A DNA stretch of 64,000 nt, from NCBI RefSeq assembly GCF_035714405.1, contig NZ_DASTMA010000009.1:35152-99151 (forward strand), written 5' to 3'. The notes beneath the pieces are model-generated. The model was not told the origin of the DNA, ran no database searches, and worked only from the letters and a program-made list of their open reading frames with translations. A program made the translations under genes and the position numbers. Shown here one piece after another: positions 37,849 to 47,880 of the stretch. Each line of letters opens with the position of its first letter. Position 1 is the stretch's first letter. Source of the stretch: Sphingomonas sp. GTDB lineage: Bacteria; Pseudomonadota; Alphaproteobacteria; Sphingomonadales; Sphingomonadaceae.

Positions 37849-40659
37849 ATGCTGACCCGCGCTCTTGCTCCATTCGCCCTGCTCGCCGCCTCGTCCGCCC
37901 TGGCGCAACCGGCCGTGCGGGCGCCCTCGGTAAAACCGCTCGCCTTTAGCGAACGCACGTTACCCAACGGCCTACGGGTGTTCGCGATGCGCGACACCGG
38001 CACCAGTAATGTGAGTGTGCAGGTCTGGTACAAGGTCGGGTCGAAGGACGATCCCGCCGGCCGCTCCGGCTTCGCGCACATGTTCGAGCATCTGATGTTC
38101 AAGGCGACCCGCAACCTGAAGCCCGAGCAGTTCGACCGACTGACCGAGGATGTCGGCGGCTACAACAACGCGTCGACGGCCGACGATTACACCAACTATT
38201 ACGAGGTGGTTCCGGCCAACCACCTGCAACGCATCCTGTTCGCGGAAGCCGACCGGATGGCGAGCCTGGTGGTCGAGCCGACCGGCTTTGCCTCCGAGCG
38301 CGACGTGGTGAAGGAGGAGCTGCGCCAGCGTACGCTCGCCCAGCCCTATGGTCAGCTGCTGTCGGTCGCCTATCCGCAGGTAAGCTACTCGGTACATCCC
38401 TATGCAAGGCCCGGCATCGGCTCGCTCGAGGATTTGCAGGCGGCCTCGATCGAAGACGTGCGCGCCTTCCACGCGACCTATTACCGGCCCGACAACGCGG
38501 TGCTGGTGGTCGCGGGCAATTTCGATCCGGCGCAGCTCGACCGCTGGATCGACGGCTATTTCGGCCCGATCAAGCGCCCGACCACGCCCATCCCGCGCGT
38601 GACGGTCAGCGAGCCGCCGCGCACGGCCGCTGTGACGCGTACCGTCTACGCCGCCAACACGCCGCTCCCCGCGGTGCTGATGAGCTGGCATGTGCCACCC
38701 GACCGCGACGCCGACATTCCGGCGCTGACGGTGCTCAACGCGGTGCTGGCGACGGGCGAGAGCGCGCGGCTCAACCATGCGCTGGTCTATCGCGACCAGG
38801 TCGCGCAGTCGGCGGAGAGCTTCCTCGACACGCGCGAGGACACCGGCAACCTCGTCGCCTTCGCCATACTGGCGGGCGGCAAGACGGTGGCGGCGGGCGA
38901 GGCGGCGCTGCGGCGCGAGGTGGCGGCGCTGCGCGATGCGCCGGTCACGGCGGCGGAGCTGCAGCGCGCCAAGAACCAGATCCTGACATCGTCGCTGAGG
39001 AGCCGCGAGACGGCGGAGGGGCGCGCGTCGGCGCTGGCGGCGGCGGTGGTGGTGGACGGCGATCCGCGTGCCGCTGACCGGCAGCTTGCCGCGATTGCCC
39101 GCGTCACCCCGGCGGACGTGCAGCGGGTGGCGCGCAAGTATCTGGGTGAGAACCGGGCGGCGACGATCCGCTACCTCCCCGCCGATCAGCGCCCGGCAGG
39201 CGCGAAGGACGAGGTGGTGCTGGCGCCGACGGTGCGGGTCGCGCCCCTCGTCACCCCCGCCGACGTCCGGATCGTCACCCCGGCGGCGAACCCGATCGCG
39301 CCGCCGGCGCCGGGCAAGGCGCTCGCCGCCGCGCTGCCGCGTCCGGTAGAGACGCGGCTCGCCAACGGCTTGCGCGTCGTAACCGTCGAGAGGCGGGGTG
39401 TGCCGGTGGTCACCGCCACCTTGGTCGCAAGCGGCGGCGCGGCGACCGATCCGGGGCCGCAGGCCGGCGCGAGCAGCCTCGCCGCCGAGCTGTTGACCAA
39501 GGGCACGACGACGCGCTCGGCGACTGAGATCGCGCAAACGGTGGAGGCGCTGGGCGGCGCGATCGAAGCGGGCGCGGACCGCGACGGCAGCTCGGTCTCG
39601 CTGACGGTCAAGTCGGACCAGCTCGGCGCCGGCATGGCAGTCCTGGCCGACGTGTCACAGCGGCCAGCTTTCGCGGCGGAGGAGATCGAGCGCGCGCGGG
39701 CGCAGGCGATCGACGCGTTGACGGTGCAGCTCGCCGATCCGGCGCAGCTGGCGAGCCTGGTCGCCAGCCGGGCGGTGTTCGGCGCCCACCCATATGGCAC
39801 GCCGCTGGCGGGCACACCGGCGTCGCTCAAGGCGATCGGCGCATCCGACCTCCGCCGGGCCTATGCGGGCACCTATCGCCCCGAGCAGGCGACGCTGTTG
39901 CTGGTCGGCGACGTGACCCCGGCGCAGTCCGCCAAGCTCGCGCAGGATCTGTTCGGCGGCTGGCGCGCAGGGCCGAGGCCGTCCGAGACCGTCATCAACC
40001 TGCCGGCCGTTCGCCCGCGCGTCGTCGTGATCGACGTGCCCGGCGCGGGGCAGGCAGGCGTGGTCGTGGCGCGGCCGGGGATCACGCGGGCGTCGGACCG
40101 TTATTATCCGCTGCTGGTCGCCAATGCGGTGCTCGGCGGCGGTTATTCGTCGCGGCTCAACCAGGAAATCCGCATCAAGCGTGGCCTCGCTTATGGCGCG
40201 GGCAGCGGGTTTTCCGCGCGGCGGCTGGGCGGCATGGTGTCGGCGCGCACGCAGACCAAGAACGAGACCGCCGCACAAGCCGCCGAACTGATCGTCGCCG
40301 AGATGCGTCGGCTGGGAACGACGCTGGTGCCCGCAGCGGAGCTGGAGACGCGCAAGACGACGACGCTGGGGAGTTTCGGCCGCACAGTGGAGACGACCGA
40401 CGGCATCGCCGGCCTCCTGGCGGGCTATGTCCTGGAGGGGGTGCCGCTGTCCGAGCTCGACCGCTATGCCGGCGCGGTCCAAGCCGTCACGCCCGAGGCG
40501 GTGCGCAAGACTGCCGGCGAAGTCGTCGATCCGAGCGCGGCTTCGGTGGTGGTGGTCGGGGATGCAAAGGCCTTCCTGCCCGCGCTGCGAAAACTCTATC
40601 CGCAGGTGGAGGTGATTCCGGTCGCCGCTTTGAAGCTCGATGCAGCGGAGCTGCGATAG
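37849..40659 (+). CDS. M16 family zinc peptidase (two-lobed, exported)
   Basis: Signal peptide; inverted zinc motif AHMFEH; second lobe lacks it. Confidence 0.93.
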   Translation: MLTRALAPFALLAASSALAQPAVRAPSVKPLAFSERTLPNGLRVFAMRDTGTSNVSVQVWYKVGSKDDPAGRSGFAHMFEHLMFKATRNLKPEQFDRLTEDVGGYNNASTADDYTNYYEVVPANHLQRILFAEADRMASLVVEPTGFASERDVVKEELRQRTLAQPYGQLLSVAYPQVSYSVHPYARPGIGSLEDLQAASIEDVRAFHATYYRPDNAVLVVAGNFDPAQLDRWIDGYFGPIKRPTTPIPRVTVSEPPRTAAVTRTVYAANTPLPAVLMSWHVPPDRDADIPALTVLNAVLATGESARLNHALVYRDQVAQSAESFLDTREDTGNLVAFAILAGGKTVAAGEAALRREVAALRDAPVTAAELQRAKNQILTSSLRSRETAEGRASALAAAVVVDGDPRAADRQLAAIARVTPADVQRVARKYLGENRAATIRYLPADQRPAGAKDEVVLAPTVRVAPLVTPADVRIVTPAANPIAPPAPGKALAAALPRPVETRLANGLRVVTVERRGVPVVTATLVASGGAATDPGPQAGASSLAAELLTKGTTTRSATEIAQTVEALGGAIEAGADRDGSSVSLTVKSDQLGAGMAVLADVSQRPAFAAEEIERARAQAIDALTVQLADPAQLASLVASRAVFGAHPYGTPLAGTPASLKAIGASDLRRAYAGTYRPEQATLLLVGDVTPAQSAKLAQDLFGGWRAGPRPSETVINLPAVRPRVVVIDVPGAGQAGVVVARPGITRASDRYYPLLVANAVLGGGYSSRLNQEIRIKRGLAYGAGSGFSARRLGGMVSARTQTKNETAAQAAELIVAEMRRLGTTLVPAAELETRKTTTLGSFGRTVETTDGIAGLLAGYVLEGVPLSELDRYAGAVQAVTPEAVRKTAGEVVDPSAASVVVVGDAKAFLPALRKLYPQVEVIPVAALKLDAAELR

Positions 40660-40764
40660 GTCTCACGCTTTCATTCCACGGCTCGATCGGCGCCGGCTCG
40701 GAGGTTGACGCCCTGCTCCCCTGTCCCAGCGCGGGACGCCGTCAAATCGACGGCGGATTTGTTC

Positions 40765-41796
40765 ATGCGGGTGCGCTATGCGGCCTCCGTGCGGATCACT
40801 TCCCATCGGGCGCGGCTGTTGCTGCGCGGCTGGCTGTTGCTGGTGTTCGCCGGGCTGGGCGTCACGGGCGCGATGGCGACCAGCGCGGCATGGCAGGCGC
40901 TCTCCGATCATAGCGCCCCGCTGGCCGTAGCGGCGAGCGCGGGCGGGTTCGAGGCGGACGATCATTTTCCCGGCGCGGCGCTGCTCTACCTGGAGGATGC
41001 GTCCGCGCTTCCCATGCCTGGCACCACCGGGACGATCGCCTTGCCGCCGGTGCCGGTGCATGCCGCCGAGGCGCCGATCTTTGCCGAGCAGGGCATCGTC
41101 CCCGCGCGGCCGTTTTCGATGGCGGCGGCGAGCGGTCTCGATCGCGCGCGCGCGATGGAGTGCCTGACCACCGCGATCTATTACGAGGCAGCGAGCGAAC
41201 CCGACAGCGGCCAGCTGGCCGTGGCGCAGGTGATCCTTAACCGCGCGCGGCATCCGGTGTTCCCGGAGACGGTCTGTGGGGTGGTATATCAGGGCTCGGG
41301 TGGGCCGGTGTGCCAGTTCTCCTTCGCCTGCGACGGAGCGATGACGCGGGTGCCATCCCGGACCGGCTGGATGCGCGCGGCGCGTAACGCCGCGGCGGCG
41401 CTGGGCGGCTATGTCCACCCCTCCGTCGGCCTGGCGACGCATTATCATACCTTTGCCGTGACGCCGTCGTGGAACCGGACGCTGGTGATGACCGACGTAA
41501 TCGGGGCACATTTTTTCCATCGCTGGAAGGGCTATTGGGGCACGGGCGCAGCGTTCAGGCAAGGCTATCGCGGCGGTGAGCCGGTGCCCGGACCGGTAAC
41601 GCGATCCACGGCAGCGCCGATGGCCGCGACCGCAGCCGCGACCACACCGGCGCCGATACCGGTCTCGGTGCCGTCTACGATCCTGCCTGTCTGGCGCGAG
41701 ACCGGTGTCCTCGCGGCCCCCGCTCCGACGGAGGATCGTCTACCCCCCGCCTCCCAGGTGCTCGACCGGTGGAAGGATTCCGGAAAGCCGCTTTGA
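40765..41796 (+). CDS. Cell wall hydrolase (SleB/Hydrolase_2 domain)
   Basis: CLTTAIYYEAASE, AVAQVILNR, VCGVVYQG, CQFSF, ATHYH, HFF. Confidence 0.9.
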   Translation: MRVRYAASVRITSHRARLLLRGWLLLVFAGLGVTGAMATSAAWQALSDHSAPLAVAASAGGFEADDHFPGAALLYLEDASALPMPGTTGTIALPPVPVHAAEAPIFAEQGIVPARPFSMAAASGLDRARAMECLTTAIYYEAASEPDSGQLAVAQVILNRARHPVFPETVCGVVYQGSGGPVCQFSFACDGAMTRVPSRTGWMRAARNAAAALGGYVHPSVGLATHYHTFAVTPSWNRTLVMTDVIGAHFFHRWKGYWGTGAAFRQGYRGGEPVPGPVTRSTAAPMAATAAATTPAPIPVSVPSTILPVWRETGVLAAPAPTEDRLPPASQVLDRWKDSGKPL

Positions 41797-41816
41797 TCCT
41801 GAAGGATTGGGCGAAA

Positions 41817-42551
41817 TTATTCGGGCGCCGGGATCCAGTTCGTCTCGATCACGCCATGCCGGTCGACGAAGCCGGTCATCGCGATCATGTCGCGCTCTGC
41901 CAGTAGGCGTACACGGCGGCCGCTGCGTTCGATCAGCCCACGCTTTTCCATATCACCAAAGGTACGGCTGACATGGACCTTGGTCAGTCCCACTGCATCG
42001 CCGATGTCCTGTTGGGTCAGCGCGAGATCAAAGGAATCGACGACCCCGCCGGCGGTCACCCGCAGCCGCGCGATGATGTCGAGCAAGAGCAGGCTCAGCC
42101 GCTCGATCGCACCCATCCGGCCAATCGAGGTCAGCCGGTCGCCCATCGCGACGTAATCGGCGGCCGAGATCGCGTAGAGCGCTCCGGCGAGCCGGGGCTG
42201 GGCCTTGAAGATGCGCCCCAGCGCCCCCTTGCTAAGTTCGGATACGATACAGTCGCTGACCGCCGTCACGGTGTTCGTCGCTAGACTCCAAGCGATGCTC
42301 GAGGTACCGACGAGGTCGCCGGCATAGTGGAAACCGACTATCTGCCGGCTGCCGTTGACCAGGCGACGTGCGGAGTGAACCCAGCCCTGCTGGACGATGT
42401 AGAGCATGTCGTTCGGGCGATCCTGCTCCATCAGCAGCTGGCCGGGAGTGAAGCGCATCTCGCGCCGTTCCGCCCAATCGAGGGTATCGCGCTCTTCAGC
42501 GGTCATCGCCAGGTGCTGTTCCAGCCGGGTCACCAGCGCGCTACGCCGCAT
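41817..42551 (-). CDS. Crp/Fnr family transcriptional regulator
   Basis: Cyclic-nucleotide-binding fold; HTH LTQQDIGDAVGLTKVHVSRT. Confidence 0.9.
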   Translation of the reverse strand: MRRSALVTRLEQHLAMTAEERDTLDWAERREMRFTPGQLLMEQDRPNDMLYIVQQGWVHSARRLVNGSRQIVGFHYAGDLVGTSSIAWSLATNTVTAVSDCIVSELSKGALGRIFKAQPRLAGALYAISAADYVAMGDRLTSIGRMGAIERLSLLLLDIIARLRVTAGGVVDSFDLALTQQDIGDAVGLTKVHVSRTFGDMEKRGLIERSGRRVRLLAERDMIAMTGFVDRHGVIETNWIPAPE

Positions 42552-42625
42552 TGCTTCTCCCTTGCCCCAAGCTCTTGTCGGAGCCCGGTTTAGGGGAAGC
42601 GGCGGGACGCTGGCAAGGGCGGGGA

Positions 42626-43747
42626 TCATTCGGCCGCCAGGGCGAGGCCCTCGTCGACGTCGGCCTCCTCGTCGGCGGCGACGCCCTGCTCCAGCCGCGT
42701 CTCGTCGGCGGCGAGCTGGGCCGCGTCCTTGTCGGTGATGCCGAAGCGCGCCGCGACGTCGGGGGCGAAGCGGAGCAGGTCGGGGCGCAGTCGCAGCAGC
42801 GACAGGTCCTTGGACTTGCCCTCCATCATCACGTCGAAGTCGAGGCCATCCGCCATGCGCATGAAGGTCGCGAACTCGAACGGGTTGGTGAAGTCGGAAT
42901 GGCCGGTCCAGATCGGCGGCAGCAGCACGGTCTTGATGCGGGCGGTGGGTTTGACGGGTGCCTTGAGGAGCTCGCCCTTCTTGGGTTTGCCGGTGATCTT
43001 GCGCTTCACCTCGCGAAGCTCGGTGCGGGGGCTGGAGAAGTGGATCTTCGGGCGAACCCCGATCGGCCAACTCGCGACGAACCTCTCCAGCGTGCTACGC
43101 ATATCGAGCCGCTCGGGGTTGAGGCACCAGAAATGCTGGTAGTCGAAAATCAGCCGCACACCGGTGCGCTCGTGAATCCACAGCACGTCGGCCGCGGAGA
43201 AGCGGATGTCGTCATTCTCGAGGACGAGGCGGCGACGGACATGGTCGGGGCATTGTTCGAACCCCTCGATCCAGCGGGCGCGGCTGGCGTCCTTGTCGTC
43301 ATAGACGCCGCCGACATGCGTCACCATCACCGCCTCGTCATCCAGCGCCATGCGGTCGAGCATCTCGGCCTGGCTCGCCAAGTCCCAGATCGACTTGCGC
43401 GTCAGCTCCGGGTTGGGCGAGTTGAGCAGGACATATTGGGAGGGGTGGAAGGACAGGCGGATGTCGAGCGCCCTGGCCTTGGCGCCGAAGGCGCGCAGCT
43501 CTGCGTCTGAGTCAGCGACCATCGAATGGAACTGCGGCATGTCGGGATGGGTCGCGTAGGGGGCGATGTCCGACGACAGGCGGTACATGTCGAGCTTGTG
43601 CGCGGCGAGATAGTCGAGCACCGGATCGAGCAGCTCGAGCGAGCATTTGAGGTGCGGGTTCTTCTGCCAGCGGCGCGTGTCCTGCGTCTTTAGACCGGCT
43701 TGCCCCATCACCTTGACGGGAAAGCCCAAGCGGAGCGGTCGGGTCAT
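42626..43747 (-). CDS. uvsE: UV DNA damage endonuclease (UVDE)
   Basis: YRLSSD, LSFHPSQY, THVGG, LENDD, FDYQH, KIHFSS, GHSD, MMEGKSKD metal ligands. Confidence 0.9.
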   Translation of the reverse strand: MTRPLRLGFPVKVMGQAGLKTQDTRRWQKNPHLKCSLELLDPVLDYLAAHKLDMYRLSSDIAPYATHPDMPQFHSMVADSDAELRAFGAKARALDIRLSFHPSQYVLLNSPNPELTRKSIWDLASQAEMLDRMALDDEAVMVTHVGGVYDDKDASRARWIEGFEQCPDHVRRRLVLENDDIRFSAADVLWIHERTGVRLIFDYQHFWCLNPERLDMRSTLERFVASWPIGVRPKIHFSSPRTELREVKRKITGKPKKGELLKAPVKPTARIKTVLLPPIWTGHSDFTNPFEFATFMRMADGLDFDVMMEGKSKDLSLLRLRPDLLRFAPDVAARFGITDKDAAQLAADETRLEQGVAADEEADVDEGLALAAE

Positions 43748-44805
43748 GCGGGTACCTGTTGTTCGGGAAAGCCGAGCGCGGTGACGAACGCGTTCCAGTC
43801 GGCGGGGCGCAGCGCGCCGCCGGTCGCCTGGGCGTGGCCGTTGCCATAACGTGAGTCGGCGCCGGGCGGGCGATGGTCGGCGAGGAAGTCGACCAGGTTC
43901 TGCCCCCGCGCGGAGCGGGCGGCGAAGTGGACCCAACCGGGATTGTAGCCGGTGTTGGCGGCCAGCACGATCTTGTCCTTCAATCGTCCGCGCCACTGCT
44001 GGGCAATGAGCGGATGGATCTGCTGTTCGGCATGGAAGCGGATCAACGCCACGTCGCCGCGTACGGTGGGAGGCACACGGCGGGCGGCTTCGACCGCCTG
44101 GCGCACCTCGATCTTGGCGGCGACGAGCGCGTCGCTTTCCGGGCTCCGCTGTTTGGTGATCGCCTTTGGCCCGTCGCTGGTCATCAGCAGGTGCAGCGCC
44201 GGGCTGGCGTCGGCGGACGCGGTACGGCGCGGCGCGTTGACCAGGCTGACCGCATCGCGCAGCGCGGTCTTGCCCCAGCGCGCCTGCGCCTGCGCGAGCT
44301 CGGGGAAGCCGGCCTCGTCGGCCATGTCGCCGATCAGGCCCAGTGCGGCGAGCCAGAGCAGATCGGCCTGATCACCGAGCGCCGCGCACGCCCACCAGGC
44401 GAGAAGCGCGGAGCTCGGCTCGGGCGTCAGACCGTTGCCGCTGATCGTCGTCGCGTCGGGTGGCGTGCCGGTGGGGAGGTGATGGTCGATGACGATCGTC
44501 GGCACTCCCGGCAGGACGGCCTCGGCGCGCGTACCGAGGTCGGCGACGATCAGCCCCGCGGGCGTCCCGAGCGTTGCGGCGAAGGGCCGGTCCCAAGGTG
44601 CCTCACCTTTGCCGACGATGCGCGGCTCCGCCTGCCAACCCGCGGCGCGAAGCGCGCGGACGAGGATCGCAATGGCGGACAGGCCGTCGGCGTCGAAATG
44701 GCCCAGCACCAGCACCGGGCGCTCGCGATCGAAGCCGCCTAGCGCCGCGGTGAACGCGGCACGGGCATCTTCGCGCGGAGTGTCGTGGGAAAGCGCGCCG
44801 ATCAC
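43744..44805 (-). CDS. DHH/DHHA1 phosphoesterase (short RecJ/NrnA-like nuclease)
   Basis: GHFDADG, ADLG, IDHH, IGD, C-terminal FAARS..GNGHAQATG; ATGA-coupled to uvsE. Confidence 0.85.
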   Translation of the reverse strand: MIGALSHDTPREDARAAFTAALGGFDRERPVLVLGHFDADGLSAIAILVRALRAAGWQAEPRIVGKGEAPWDRPFAATLGTPAGLIVADLGTRAEAVLPGVPTIVIDHHLPTGTPPDATTISGNGLTPEPSSALLAWWACAALGDQADLLWLAALGLIGDMADEAGFPELAQAQARWGKTALRDAVSLVNAPRRTASADASPALHLLMTSDGPKAITKQRSPESDALVAAKIEVRQAVEAARRVPPTVRGDVALIRFHAEQQIHPLIAQQWRGRLKDKIVLAANTGYNPGWVHFAARSARGQNLVDFLADHRPPGADSRYGNGHAQATGGALRPADWNAFVTALGFPEQQVPA

Positions 44806-44813
44806 CCCCGCTC

Positions 44814-44838
44814 AACGAGCCGGAGTGATCGGGGCTCC
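44814..44838 (-). promoter_or_regulatory. Putative sigma-EcfG promoter of DHH-uvsE
   Basis: GGAGC-N16-CGTT (one mismatch), 8 nt upstream of the GTG. Confidence 0.45.
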
Positions 44839-44853
44839 CGCCGCCGCGATGAT

Positions 44854-45240
44854 CTAGGTTGCGGCGGGCATCCGGTGCAGCGCGCAGAGCTTGTTGCCGT
44901 CCGGATCGCGCAGATAAGCGAGGTAGAGCTGACCCATCGCTCCGGTGCGCACGCCGGGCGCGTCCTCGATCGCGGTGCCGCCCGCCTCGACGCCCGCCTG
45001 GTGCCATGCGTTCGCCTGCTCGGGCGTCATCGCGAGACCGATCGTGCCCCCATTGGCATGGGTCGCCGGCTCGCCGTCGATCGGCGGGGTCACCAGGAAC
45101 AGGCCGCCATTGTGCATGTAGATCAGCCGCCCCTTGTCGTCCTGACGCCCAGGCTTGCCGCCCATCGCCTGGAAAGTGGCGTCGTAGAACTGCTTGGACT
45201 TCTGCACATCGTTGGTGCCGACCATGACATGACTGAACAT
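44854..45240 (-). CDS. VOC family protein
   Basis: FSHVMVGTND..SKQFYD; AYLRDPDGNKLCA. Confidence 0.9.
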   Translation of the reverse strand: MFSHVMVGTNDVQKSKQFYDATFQAMGGKPGRQDDKGRLIYMHNGGLFLVTPPIDGEPATHANGGTIGLAMTPEQANAWHQAGVEAGGTAIEDAPGVRTGAMGQLYLAYLRDPDGNKLCALHRMPAAT

Positions 45241-45261
45241 AGGCTTCCTCTCTTGTTGGTC

Positions 45262-46275
45262 TTACCGGCCTGCCAGAACCGACTCGTATAGCGCCAGATA
45301 CTCCGTCGTCATCCGTTCGACGCCGAACCTGCGCATAGCCGTGTCCCGGCAAGCAGCGCGGTCGATCTCGCCCACACGATCGATCGCAGCGACCGCTTCG
45401 TCGAAGCCGTCGACCAGGAAGCCGTTGACGCCATGGTCGATCAACTCCGGCATCGAGCCGCGATTGTACGCGATCACCGGTGTGCCGCAGGCCATCGCCT
45501 CGACGACCGACAGGCCGAACGGCTCGTCAAAGGCGATGAGGTGGAGCAACGCCTTGGCCGATCCCAGCGTACGCGCGCGATCTATGCCGCCGACAATCCC
45601 CAGGTGGCGGATGCGGTCGCCGTCGACATGTGGCGCGACCTCGCCATGGTGATAGCCCTCGTCCTGCACCAGCCCGGCCATGACCAGCCTGTGGTCGGTG
45701 GCCTGCGCCGCCCGGATCGCTTCGCCCGCGCCCTTGTCGGGGTGGATGCGGCCGAAGAACAGCAATTCGTCGCTGCCTGCCGCATCGAAGGGGAAGTCGT
45801 CGAGGCGGATGCCATGGTGGATGGTCGCGGCATAGGTCAGGTCCGGATGCCGGTCCGCGTCGCTGATCGCGACATAGTGTACGCGGTCGTCATACGCTCG
45901 ATAGGCGGGCAGAATGCGCTCGGACGAGAAGCCGTGGATGGTCGTTACCACAGGCGTGTCGACAAGGCGCGAAAAGGCGAGCGGCACGAAATCGGCCTGG
46001 TTGTGGATCAGGTCGAACTCGCCCGCGCGTTCGAAGACGTTGGCAACGTGCAGCGCCTCCCAGACCTTAGCGTCGATCGAAGGATCTTCGGAATAGGCAC
46101 GGGGAGCGACGCCCGCGAGCGTACCGGCGGTGTGCGAATCCAGGGTGGCGAACAGCGTCACGTCGATGCCGCGCGCGACCATGCCCTCGGTCAGCAGGCT
46201 GGTGACCAGCTCCCACGGACCATAGCCGTCCGGCGGAGTGCGCCAAGAGATGGGGGCGAGCATCGCGATCTTCAC
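45262..46275 (-). CDS. Glycosyltransferase family 4
   Basis: TPPDGYGPWE, FFGRIHPDKG, EPFGLSVVEAMACGTPV. Confidence 0.93.
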   Translation of the reverse strand: MKIAMLAPISWRTPPDGYGPWELVTSLLTEGMVARGIDVTLFATLDSHTAGTLAGVAPRAYSEDPSIDAKVWEALHVANVFERAGEFDLIHNQADFVPLAFSRLVDTPVVTTIHGFSSERILPAYRAYDDRVHYVAISDADRHPDLTYAATIHHGIRLDDFPFDAAGSDELLFFGRIHPDKGAGEAIRAAQATDHRLVMAGLVQDEGYHHGEVAPHVDGDRIRHLGIVGGIDRARTLGSAKALLHLIAFDEPFGLSVVEAMACGTPVIAYNRGSMPELIDHGVNGFLVDGFDEAVAAIDRVGEIDRAACRDTAMRRFGVERMTTEYLALYESVLAGR

Positions 46276-46320
46276 AGGGGTGGCGTGTAGGCGGTCGATC
46301 GCGCGCTGCCCACCCCGAAG

Positions 46321-47880
46321 CTACTGAGCGAGGATCAAGCCCTCGTCCGGGCGGAGGACGCCGGTTTCGGCGTTTGTCAGCGTGGACAGCAGCACCCTGC
46401 CCTTGCCCGGCAGCGGCCGCGGATGCGGGCCAAGGTTGACCGCCACGAGCACGCGCTCGTCGCCGTGACGGCGTTCGTAGGCGATGACGTCGTCAGCCGC
46501 TTCGACCAGCGTCAGGCTGCCGACCGACAAGGCGGCGCTGCCGCGTCTCAGCCTCAACAGCGCACGGTAAAGGGTAAGCATCGAGCCGGGATCGCCATCC
46601 TGCGCGGCGACGTTGCGGCTCGGCCAATCTGGATGCAGCGGCAGCCAGGGGTGGGCGCTCGAGAAGCCGGCATGGGCCGAACCTTCCCATGCCATCGGTG
46701 TGCGCGACGGATCGCGGCCAAGGCCAATGCCAGGCTGACGCAGCTCGCGCGGGTCCTGCACCCGATCGGACGACACCTCGACCAGCCCGATGCCGAGTTC
46801 GTCACCCTGATAAAGCGTGGGTGTGCCGCGCAGCGTCAGCAGCAGCATCGCCGCGACCCGGGCCTGCCCCTCGCCGACGCGACCGGCGATGCGCGGGGCG
46901 TCGTGGCTGCCGATCACCCAATTGGGCCAGCCATGCGATGGGATCGAGGCCTCATAGTCGGCGATGACCTGGCGCAGCACCGCCGCATTCCACGGGTTCT
47001 CCATCAGCGCGAAATTGAACGGCAGGTGCACCTCCGGACGGTCGGGCGTTCCGTACCATTGCGCCAGCCGGTCGTTGGGAAGGAAGATCTCGCCGATCAG
47101 CGCGCGGTCACCGTAGCCGTCCGCCAAGGCCCGGAACTCGGCAGCGATCGCGTGCGCCTCCGGCTGGTCGGTGGAGTGGCGCTGGAGCACGCGATCACGC
47201 TCGTTCATCCCGACGCGCCAGACGGGGTTGAGGGGGTTGTCGGGTAGGCCCTCCGCCTTGACGATGTGCCAGAGCACGTCGATCCGGAACCCGTCGACGC
47301 CGCGGTCGAACCAGAAGCGCAGCACATCGGTCATCGCCGCGCGCAGCTCGGGATTGCGCCAGTTGAGGTCCGGCTGCTGCGGCAGGAAGGCGTGGAGGTA
47401 GCATTGACCCGTCGCCTCGTCCCACTCCCAAGCGGAGCCGCCGAAGTCGCTGATCCAGTTGTTGGGCGGGCCGCCATCGGGTGCCGGATCGCGCCAGATG
47501 TACCAATCGCGCTTCGGGCTGTGGCGCGACGATCGGCTCTCGACGAACCAGGGATGCCGGTCCGACGAATGGTTGGGGACGAAATCGAGCAGCAGCTTCA
47601 GTCCGGCCGCATGGACCTTGGCGATCAGCCGGTCGAAATCCGCCAATGTGCCGAACAGCGGCGCGACGCCGCAGTAATCGGCCACGTCATAGCCGAAATC
47701 GGCCATCGGCGAGGGGAAAATCGGCGACAGCCAGATCGCGTCCACGCCCAAGGCGGCGATGTAGTCCACCCGCGCGGTGATGCCGGGGAGATCGCCGACG
47801 CCGTCGCCGTCGCTGTCCTGGAAGGAGCGCGGATAGACCTGGTAGACGACGCCGCGCTCCCACCACGGCCGTTCGCTCAT
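46321..47880 (-). CDS. GH13 alpha-glucosidase/oligo-1,6-glucosidase-like
   Basis: YQVYPRSFQDSDGDGVGDL, DFVPNH, GFRIDV, GE, GSHD, YQGDELG. Confidence 0.93.
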   Translation of the reverse strand: MSERPWWERGVVYQVYPRSFQDSDGDGVGDLPGITARVDYIAALGVDAIWLSPIFPSPMADFGYDVADYCGVAPLFGTLADFDRLIAKVHAAGLKLLLDFVPNHSSDRHPWFVESRSSRHSPKRDWYIWRDPAPDGGPPNNWISDFGGSAWEWDEATGQCYLHAFLPQQPDLNWRNPELRAAMTDVLRFWFDRGVDGFRIDVLWHIVKAEGLPDNPLNPVWRVGMNERDRVLQRHSTDQPEAHAIAAEFRALADGYGDRALIGEIFLPNDRLAQWYGTPDRPEVHLPFNFALMENPWNAAVLRQVIADYEASIPSHGWPNWVIGSHDAPRIAGRVGEGQARVAAMLLLTLRGTPTLYQGDELGIGLVEVSSDRVQDPRELRQPGIGLGRDPSRTPMAWEGSAHAGFSSAHPWLPLHPDWPSRNVAAQDGDPGSMLTLYRALLRLRRGSAALSVGSLTLVEAADDVIAYERRHGDERVLVAVNLGPHPRPLPGKGRVLLSTLTNAETGVLRPDEGLILAQ

